Program-made: the position numbers and the translations under genes
From: Candidatus Omnitrophota bacterium
Lineage (GTDB): Bacteria > Omnitrophota > Gorgyraeia > Zapsychrales > Fredricksoniimonadaceae
Assembly (NCBI GenBank): GCA_015233675.1
Contig: JADFXH010000004.1
Coordinates: 72,492-136,491 of the forward strand
Length of the DNA: 64,000 nucleotides
Direction: 5' to 3'
The notes under the pieces: generated by a model
The model's input: only the letters and a program-made list of their open reading frames with translations
Database searches by the model: none
Told to the model about the DNA's origin: nothing
Shown: one piece after another, positions 17,874 through 26,500 of the stretch
Layout: each line of letters starts with the position of its first letter
Position numbering within the stretch: position 1 is the stretch's first letter

Positions 17874-18626
17874 TTATTCGGCAGATATTTTTGCCATTTC
17901 CTCATCGGAAATATCAAAATTAGCATGCACGTTCTGGATATCCTCGTTTTCTTCTAAGGCTTCCAAAAGCCCCAGGATATTCCGGGCATCATTACCTTCG
18001 ACTTTCACCGTGGAACTTGGGATCATGGTCACTTCAGCTGACGCGATCTCAATTTTCTTGGCAATTAACGCGTTCTTGACTGTTTCCAGCACAGTAGAAT
18101 CACAAAAAACCTCGAATGAATCCCCCTCTGTCTTGATATCTTCCGCACCGGCTTCAAGGGCTGCTTCCATCACGGCATCTTCACTGCTCTTGTCTTTTTC
18201 AACCGTGATATATCCTTTTTTGGCAAATAACCAGGCAGTGGAACCCGCGCCTGCCATCGAGCCGCCCTTCTTATTTAAAAGATTGCGCACCTCAGCCGTG
18301 GTACGGTTTTTATTGTCCGTCAGGCCTTCAATGAGCATAGCGACACCGCCCGGTCCATAAGCGTCAAAAACCACATTCTCAAAAACGATCCCGGGAATTT
18401 CGCCGGTGCCTTTCTTAATGGCATTCTCGACGTTGTTTTGGGGCATGTTATATTCACGTGCCCGGGCCATGGCCGCGCGCAGACGGAAATTAGTCTCTGT
18501 ACTGCCGCCGCCCTCTTTGGCTGCCGCTGTGATTTCTTTACTGAGTTTGGTAAAAAGGGCCCCGCGCTTGGCATCTTCAGCACCTTTTTTATGTTTAATT
18601 TTTGCCCATTTTGAATGACCTGACAT
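17874..18626 (-). CDS. yebC: YebC/PmpR-family transcriptional regulator
   Basis: MSGHSKWAKIKHKKG start, 250 aa, GGAGGG SD with 7-nt spacing. Conserved yebC-ruvC-ruvA synteny. Confidence 0.93.
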   Translation of the reverse strand: MSGHSKWAKIKHKKGAEDAKRGALFTKLSKEITAAAKEGGGSTETNFRLRAAMARAREYNMPQNNVENAIKKGTGEIPGIVFENVVFDAYGPGGVAMLIEGLTDNKNRTTAEVRNLLNKKGGSMAGAGSTAWLFAKKGYITVEKDKSSEDAVMEAALEAGAEDIKTEGDSFEVFCDSTVLETVKNALIAKKIEIASAEVTMIPSSTVKVEGNDARNILGLLEALEENEDIQNVHANFDISDEEMAKISAE

Positions 18627-18664
18627 TGCAATGCCCTCCGAATTAATTAGTACAATTTAAAAAA

Positions 18665-19031
18665 GCAGTCAATAAGCCGAGTTCTGTGACCCTTGGCAGG
18701 GCGATGGCCATTCGACTAACATCCGCCTTTGGCGGATATCTTGCAGCCTACCCGAGAGTATGACGGAGCGGATCACCCCGTGTCATGGGTCCCACCTTTC
18801 GATGGAACTTGCGACTCCCCTCCTATTTGGCATTGCTCCATGCAGAGATTGCTCGTTTCACTCTCCCGTGAGGGAGCATCGTCACTGTAGCTCTGATCCT
18901 CGTCTGCCGGGCCAAAATGCTTTCGCGTTTGGCTTCGCAAGACTGTCCCGCGTTATCGGGATGCATCATCCTTTGGAGCTCGGACTTTCCTCTCCGACGC
19001 CATAAGCATCAGAGCGGCCATCCTGACCTGC
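18665..19031 (-). ncRNA. rnpB: RNase P RNA, bacterial type A
   Basis: The minus strand contains GAGGAAAGTCCGAGCTCC (P4 5' strand), GGGTAGGCTGC and ACAGAACTCGGCTTAT (P4 3' strand). The 5' GCAGGTCAGG and 3' TTGACTGC can form P1. About 367 nt; ends estimated from P1 pairing. Confidence 0.85.
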
Positions 19032-19421
19032 TTTTTTTAAAACCTGTCGAACCAGCGCATCAGCCTCTTTATTTTGTTCACGAGGCACATGCGTAATTTG
19101 AAACGACTTAAACCCTGTGACCAAATGCTTAACCTGAACAAAAAGAGGCTTTATATTCTCATGCCTGACGGCATACATGCCGCAAACTTGCCTGCACATC
19201 AATTCGCTGTCAGTTTTAATGCTGACTTCATCCGCTTTTAAAATCAACGCTTCCTGTAATGCAACAATCAACCCTGTATATTCCGCGATATTATTGGTCC
19301 CTTGGCCGATGGACATGGCCATGGTTTTGACGGTTTTCGCCCCGTTTTTAATAACCACTCCGATGGCCGCAGGTCCCGGATTCCCCAAACAGCCGCCGTC
19401 GGTAAAAATCTCCAATTTCAT
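18966..19421 (-). CDS. rnhA: Ribonuclease HI-type protein (RNase H fold); its last ~22 codons run into rnpB
   Basis: Blocks FTDGGCLGNPGPAA, NNIAEYTGLI, SIKTDSEL and NKEADAL place the DEDD residues. The C-terminal tail AGQDGRSDAYGVGEESPSSKG is encoded by the 5' part of rnpB. Confidence 0.8.
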   Translation of the reverse strand: MKLEIFTDGGCLGNPGPAAIGVVIKNGAKTVKTMAMSIGQGTNNIAEYTGLIVALQEALILKADEVSIKTDSELMCRQVCGMYAVRHENIKPLFVQVKHLVTGFKSFQITHVPREQNKEADALVRQVLKKAGQDGRSDAYGVGEESPSSKG

Positions 19422-19424
19422 AAG

Positions 19425-20156
19425 CTAAAGGTCATCGGCCAGATAAAGAATCCTGGCGCACATATCGCAGGAAATGATCTGCTCATACTTTTTAAGTTCA
19501 TTAAGGACCTGTTCGGTCAAATGCATGAAACAGCCGCCGCAGGTATGATCAACTACTTTGACGATGCCCAACCCATCTTTATTTTTCAAAACACGCTCAT
19601 AACGGCTTAAACAATCGGGCCTGACTTGGGGAGCTATATGTGTGCGTTGGGACTCTTTTACTTTCAGCCGATCACCGATAACAGCCACATCATCATCAAC
19701 TTGTTTCTTTTTGGCATTAAATTCTTTTTCGTATTGAAGAACAGTGGCTTTTTCCGTCTCAAGGGATTTCCTGGCGGCATCCACTTCATCATAACCCAAA
19801 AGAATTTTTTCCTCGACAATAGATTTATCAGCCTTCAAATTCTCAATTTCTAGTAATCTGGCCTGATATTCTTTGTTGGTTTTCAAAAGACTCAAAGAAG
19901 CATCGGCACGAGCTATCCCTTCTTCTTTTACTTTAAGGTCTAACTCCAGCTCTTTCATAACAACCTGGATGGATTTTAATTTATCTTCCAGCCCTTTGAG
20001 CTTTACTTTTTTGGATTCAAACTCAACTTTTAAAGCTTCGAACTCAGCAGGTTTCTCCCGCAATTCGCGCTTGAACCGGAATATCTCTTCGTCGATAACC
20101 TGCAGCTCAACGAGCTTTCTGATTTGGTCTTTCAAATTTTGACCTGCAACCGTCAT
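19425..20156 (-). CDS. COG1579-type coiled-coil protein with a C-terminal C4 zinc ribbon
   Basis: 243 aa with a long heptad-rich region, then CGGC...(x22)...CDMC. This family commonly sits next to RNase H genes. Confidence 0.75.
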   Translation of the reverse strand: MTVAGQNLKDQIRKLVELQVIDEEIFRFKRELREKPAEFEALKVEFESKKVKLKGLEDKLKSIQVVMKELELDLKVKEEGIARADASLSLLKTNKEYQARLLEIENLKADKSIVEEKILLGYDEVDAARKSLETEKATVLQYEKEFNAKKKQVDDDVAVIGDRLKVKESQRTHIAPQVRPDCLSRYERVLKNKDGLGIVKVVDHTCGGCFMHLTEQVLNELKKYEQIISCDMCARILYLADDL

Positions 20157-20174
20157 TCAAGTCCCTTTTAATGT

Positions 20175-20201
20175 GTCATTACGAACGAAAGCGAAGCAAT
20201 C
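20175..20201 (+). repeat. Copy of the interspersed GTCATY..GA...CGAAG.AATC repeat family
   Basis: GTCATTACGAACGAAAGCGAAGCAATC, lying between tRNA-Val and the COG1579 gene. Confidence 0.6.
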
Positions 20202-20218
20202 TTTTCTAATAAAATATA

Positions 20219-20295
20219 TGGTGGACTCAGAAGGATTTGAACCTTCGACCTTCGCCATGTGAGGGCGACGCTCTAACCAACTGAGCCATGAGTCC
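20219..20295 (-). tRNA. tRNA-Val (anticodon CAC), CCA encoded
   Basis: Manual cloverleaf: acceptor GGACTCA/TGAGTCC, D arm GCTC-AGTTGGTTA-GAGC, anticodon stem TCGCC/GGCGA with loop CTCACAT, T arm GAAGG-TTCAAAT-CCTTC, 3' ACCA. Confidence 0.9.
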
Positions 20296-20305
20296 GTATT
20301 AATAA

Positions 20306-20379
20306 TGGGCCCACCTGGACTCGAACCAGGGACCAAGAGATTATGAGTCTCCTGCTCTAACCGACTGAGCTATAGGCCC
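20306..20379 (-). tRNA. tRNA with CAU anticodon, probably tRNA-Ile2 (lysidine) rather than Met; CCA not encoded
   Basis: Cloverleaf: acceptor GGGCCTA/TGGGCCC, anticodon stem GGAGA/TCTCT, loop CTCATAA, T arm CCTGG-TTCGAGT-CCAGG. It lacks the 3 G:C initiator signature. It has C4:G69 and C5:G68 and an anticodon arm close to E. coli ileX (from memory). Confidence 0.85.
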
Positions 20380-20502
20380 GTCGTAAGGCTCGCGAGCCAA
20401 ACTGCACCCAACGGCTCTCTTGAGAAGGTTCAATATTAGCATAATTTATATTTAATGGGTAGGAAAAATTTCCCCCAACCCCGCAAAGGCATTAATATCA
20501 AT

Positions 20503-23500
20503 TTAACTGGCCGCAGGAACTCTTTCTTGAACATTTAACCCAAGGAACTGCCTAAGATCCATCATCGGCTGGATATTGATGATTACCGGCACAAAGCCGG
20601 GGGCATTTTGCAGCTGCCGGAGCATGGCGGGGTCAAGGTGGAATTTGATTTCACCGCCGTTATTTTGTGTCTGCAAATTCATATTAGCCGCGGTCAAATC
20701 AATACCTCCTTTTTCAATCTTTAACATTGCCGAATCTTTTTTTGGTGTGATCGTTCCAGATAACTTAGACAAAATAAAAAATGAGGCCCATTTCATCATT
20801 TGCGAAAACTCATCATCATGTGTCCATCCGTTAAACCCCTCATCTTGCCGGGTCACAATTTTTTCTACTTTACTGCCGGACTGTTTTGCGATCTGCAATA
20901 GATGTCCAAGTTCATGAACGATAGTTTCAACCTTTTGAGAAAAGCCGCCTGCTGATGAAACTCCTTCCGCCAATGATTGATTAAGTAAAAAACGATTGTC
21001 CGAGAATAATCCCCTAAATGGAGCGTCACTTTTAGCCAACAAAACATCATCAATTCCAAAAATCTTCCCAAATTCTAATCCTATTTGTAAAAGCTGTTTC
21101 TCTGAATCCGTTTCAGGCGAAATAATCCAATCGTCAATCGGTGTAATATCAATGATTTTTAATGTTTCAGCCATGACCTCCCGTTGAATGGCGTGCTCAT
21201 CGGACATACTGTTTGCGTTCTCCATAGATCGACCGGTCGCAGCTGCCAAAGCGCTCGCAAGCCTCGGGGATACCTGCATCAATGTCTTTATTCTGCGTAA
21301 AACCAGGCTCCCCCTTTCCTTTACCCCTTTCTCATTATTAAAATCAACTTCCAGCAAAGCTAAAAACTGTTTTATCGAATTCTTTTGCAGTCCTGAAACC
21401 TCACCGTCAAACCAAGCCCGTAACGTCTCCAGTTCTTTGTTACTAACACTGGCAACCTGCGGTTGATCAAGTTCATTGTTAATACCATTAACAATATCAA
21501 ACATATGACGGCCATCTACAAAAAGAGGGTTACGGTTTTTATTAAATGCGGCATTGTAGGAAGACTTGCTTTCGAAATCTGATGATATAATCCTGTCTAT
21601 CGTAAAACTTTCATCTGAAAGATGTTTACTCATCATCGCGCGGTATATGCCCAACGCTATATACTTTTGGATAAAAGGCAAATATTCCTCTTCCTGTGCA
21701 AAACCGTTACGGCTTTCATATAGCGCCAATGGGATCTGGATGGCAATCCCCATTTTATCAACAATGCGCCGTATCCTCTGCGGAACCAGTGCTAAAAATT
21801 TCTCTTTTAAAGCAATATCTTCAACCCGTAATCCTTTTTTATCAATGATCTGGGAAGGTATTTCAGGATCATGATGTTCCCATATCCGAAAAACACCATG
21901 CTCAATCAAAACATCGTGAGCGGCATCCGGAGAAGATAAATTGGGAGCATAAAAAGCCCCTTGAAAAAGGACATCTTTGCCGGTAACCCTGACCGGCCTG
22001 ACCTGATTGTTGATCTCAAGTTCAAGTTCATCCTGATCCGTTACTGCAAATCCAGCGTTAATTTTCCAGGCTGACTCAGCGAACATTTGCTCAAGCTCAG
22101 GGATAATCGTACTTGCCTTCTTATTCCTGCGGATCATGAATCCGGTCTGTTCTTCGGCATTTCTATCCCGCCAGCCCAATTTTATCAACTTGGGCCTGCC
22201 TTGTGTGCGGTCAACCTCAACAACAAAAGAATAGACCCTTCGCTCTCCTCGAGAGACAATCTCTACGCTATCAACTCCGGCATATTGAGTAAACTTGCCT
22301 GTCCCAAAAAAACCTGCCAGCATACCCATCAGGCCTTTTTGGCCTGTATTTAAATCGTACTTATTTGATTTTCTGATCAAAAGAGCTAACTCCTGCCCAT
22401 TCGGAGCGCCGGAGCCATTGTCTTGGGCTTCTTCTACAAATTCCTTTTCTACCGGGTCAAAATAAAACTTAACCCGCATATTCCCTTTTCGTTTTGGATT
22501 TTTCTGCCTCGCTAAAACCATGGCATCCAAATAATTCTGTGCAAGTTCAGCCGCATAACCGCCTGATTCCCGCAAACCTTCTATTTTTGACCTTATATTC
22601 TGACGAATTCTCTCAACAGCCTCTCCATTCAAACTTGCTATACGGTCATGCTCTAAGGAGATGTCTTCAACCGACCGAACGCCGTTTTCAGCAGAGGAAT
22701 TCCATACATCCAGCTGGTCCAGCCAGATGCCCTCCCCGATGTTTTGCCATTCAATCTCCTGATCTTCCGTCTTAACATCCTCAGCCACCAAATCTGTCTT
22801 AGTAGTCAAAAATACCAGCAAACTGCCAAGTCTACCCAAACTCTGAAAATCATCTTTTGCAACCGCCTTTTCAATAACTTTCCAAGCTGTACCTTTAAAC
22901 GTGTCGAAAATCAATTCTAAATAATGCTCAGATGCCTCGCTGTTCATAATTCTGTTTACCTGATTGATCAAATTGTTTTTTGCAGAAACCTCTTTATTCC
23001 TTAACGTCAATTGAATTGAGCAAACAATTTTTGACAACAGAGGGTAGTCCTTCATATTTTTGGACTTAAACGATTCAATAAGCTGATAGACCGCTTTTGC
23101 TGATTCAATTGACGCAGGGCTGTCTAAAGACCAGCCGTAAGCCATTATTTTGATAATATCATTGATATCTTCCCTCGTATTGATTCCATCAACAACGGCC
23201 GCCTGTAAAAGTGTTTTAAAGAAACGATGGTAAAAATCCTCCCTCTCATGAGACTGCAAGGAAAGAATATTTTCTTCAAAAAATTCAGGCCAAAAATCTT
23301 TCAACCCTTTGTCAATTTCATGAAGCGTCTTGGCTACATCATCGACTAAAGCATCAATGGAGGAGAGCTGACTTTCAGCTGAAGTTTTACCTTCAATCAC
23401 CTGTTCCATCCTTTGCCTTAGCAGGCCATAAAAGAAATTAAATGAATCCTCATAATCTGACCGGTTTATTTGAAGAGTATCTTCGGGAACAAACTTGATA

Positions 23501-26500
23501 AGCTCTTCATATGCCGTTGAGAGCTTTTGACGCCACTCGTTTGATTTTTCAGAACTTACATTTAATCTTATCTGGAATTCTTTTGTTTGAGGTTTCAAAA
23601 AATTCCATATTTTAGCTGTGGTATCACGGCTTGCCGTTAAAATTCGGCCGTCAGTCAGAATTTGAACTGATTCAATATCAGATGAATGCCCTACAAGGGT
23701 CGCATCAACCTGCCACTCTCTTGGGCTTGTCTCCCTCCATATTTTCGATGAACCATCAGAACTTGTCGTTAAAATCCGGCCATCGGAGAGAACTTTGGCT
23801 GCACGCCCTTCAAGCGTTGCTTCTATCTGCCATTTTCCGTTTATCTCACTTACTATCCTGACTTGGATGCCATTTTTATCTTCCATCAAAATTCGGCCAT
23901 CAGGCAGTATTTGACCTGAATACCCATCAATAATCGCTTCTACCTGCCATTCTCCCGGGCTTAACTGCCTCGAAATCATCACTTCGCTGCCATCATAACT
24001 TGCTGTCAGAATCCGGCCATCAGGAAGCATCTGAGTTGGCTGTCTAAAACCTAAACGGCCTTCAAGTTTCGCCATAGCCTCCCATTTCCCCGGGATCACC
24101 TCACTCCATATTTTCACTTGGCCGCCATCAGAATTTGCCGTCAGAATGCGGCCATCGGGCTGCATTTGGGCTTTAATCCCTTCTAGGACCGCATCTATTT
24201 CCGCATCTATTTTCCATGCCCGATCCATTTTTATCCATATCATCATTTTGCCCTGAAAACTTGTCAAAATTCGGCCATCAGACAACGCTTGGGCTGAAAC
24301 CCCGTCAAGGGTCGATTCTACCTGCCACTCTCCCGGGTTTGCCTCATGCAATATTTTCGTTTTGCCAAGAAGATCCGACATCATAATTCGGCCATCGGGC
24401 AATATTTGGGCGCCATTCCCTTCAATGCGCGCTTCCAACTGCCATTCTCCTGTTTTCTCTTCTCTCCATATTCTAGTTTTGCCATCAAGACTTGATGTCA
24501 TAATCCGGCCATTAGAGAACATTTGGGCTGACTCTACCCAAACCGGACATTTAAGGGTGGCCTCCACTTTGGGTTTTGGCTCGCCCAAATTAGTCTCATT
24601 TCGTAATAAACCCAAATTAAAACTAAGCTCTCTTAACCCGTTAGCTTCCTGAAGTACAAGCGCGTCCCTTTTGATAACACCATCCTCGACACCAAAAGGC
24701 ATAGCCAGAGACCAGAATTTCTCAATCTCACGGCCATTGACTCTCAATAAAACATAACGTGTTTTCTTTCCGGTATACCTATAAAGTATATTGGTGTTGT
24801 CTCGGGCCACGAGGGTACATCTCTTTTCTTTTTCAAAATCAGCCAGTGTATAACTTCTTATATGCTCTTCAAAAGCTATCTTTTTTGGTAAGGCACTCAT
24901 GGCTGAATCCCAAATTTTAGCAGGTTCTGTTGAAGAAGAAATCCTTCCTTCCCCTCCTAATGAGTCTAAATAATCTCCTAAATCCTTAGGTAAAGTATTA
25001 TTTAATTCCAATTTCCCTAACTTACGAAATTTATATGCAACATCCTCAGCAACTATTGGCACATCTTTGAGAATATACTCCTTAACATTAATATCCTTAT
25101 AGAAATTGCCTAATTTGGCCCTCTCTCCATCGAAATTATACTTCGGATTCATCTCTTGCGGCCCGTAAGGTTTTGTCGTTACATAACTCTTTTCATCATT
25201 CCATTCCAGGAAATCCTCCTCTGCCTTCCAATTCGTTTTCACCTTTTCTTTATCTGAAGGTTCTTCTTTAACACCAAAAGCTGCATACGCTGCGGCCTCC
25301 AATTTTACTAAATCATAACTATTGGCAGTATCCTCTTCCGCAATGATCTTTATAAGCTCCAACTTCTCTTCTTTTTTCTTGTCATCTTCAGAAAGCGTAA
25401 CGATTAAATCCCCAATCTGAGACGGGACTATTACATAGCCGTCTCCCCGTACTACCGGCAAAGGTTGTGTTTTAATTATGCGCATAATATCCTCAAAATT
25501 CCGAGCCTGATATTGCTGCCAGACTTGCGGCCTAAAGGGGACTGTCAAAATCAAATTCCTTATTTTATTGCCGGAATCTTTGTCTGTTGCTTCAAGGACC
25601 ATCGGTAACACCGAAGCCCCCAAATATTCTTTTAGTTGTTTAATTTCAGCCCCTCTCCAATCAAACAAACCCTCATTTAAGAAAACAACACTTTGCCCTT
25701 GCGGCATTTGGAAATTATCAAAACCATCTCGCAATGGCAAAATAATCGCCCCTTCCTTTCGAAGATTGCTGATGAAAGATGTCATCTCTGTTTTTACAGC
25801 ATTTTTAACTTCATTAATAATATCTGTTACTGCTTTGTTCCCGGGAGCTATCCCTTCAAGCCCGCCAATCAAAGTATTGATAATTTTAACTTTTTCTTCA
25901 TTTGAATAATCATTGTGAAGTACGAGTCTAACAAGGCTCAAAACACCCTTCTTTAAGGGCTCTTCATCCTGATTTCTCTGCAAAACGATCTTGTCCCAGG
26001 AAGGAGAAACTCTAATCAGCCTTCCCAAATCAACCATCAGCTCTCCCGCCAGAATTGACGTCTTTATTACCGGATGCAAAGTAACACGTGACATGACCCT
26101 TCCATTTCTGGCAAAAATTATCGATGGCCCCATCCCTTGGGGGTCATGCACAAGGCTTGTTTTTTGTGTTTCAGCATCAATCTCCTCGGGGGTTGTCATG
26201 ACTTTGTTTTCCTTATCTCCCCCATCGACAGGTAAAAGCATCCGCGACATAATCTGTAAATCCATTCCCTTCCCAGGATCGATAACTCTAAGAATCCTTG
26301 GCTCTAAAGACACCACAATCACCGGTTCATTCTGTCTGCTTTTAGGCTCCGGAGCATTTTCATGTTTAAGATTGGCAAGACCTGCTAAAACTTTCTTATG
26401 TTCCCAGCCATTCACAAGCCTAAATTCAGAAAAGCCAAATCGAGTCCAAATTCTGGGACCTTTAACAGGAGAAAACGCATCATGAATTTCCTGCTCCAAT

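Noticed and set aside
17707-18360. 217-aa plus-strand ORF antisense to ruvC/yebC
   Set aside because: It is a shadow ORF opposite two well-supported conserved genes. It has a low-complexity Ser/Ala/Pro-rich translation and no start context.
18760-19005. 81-aa plus-strand ORF
   Set aside because: It lies entirely antisense to the RNase P RNA gene. The region is explained by rnpB.
25991-26485. Plus-strand ORFs inside the giant gene (for example 25991..26485, 20576..20917, 25568..25909)
   Set aside because: They are antisense shadow ORFs within a continuous 7.9-kb reading frame. None has start-site support.
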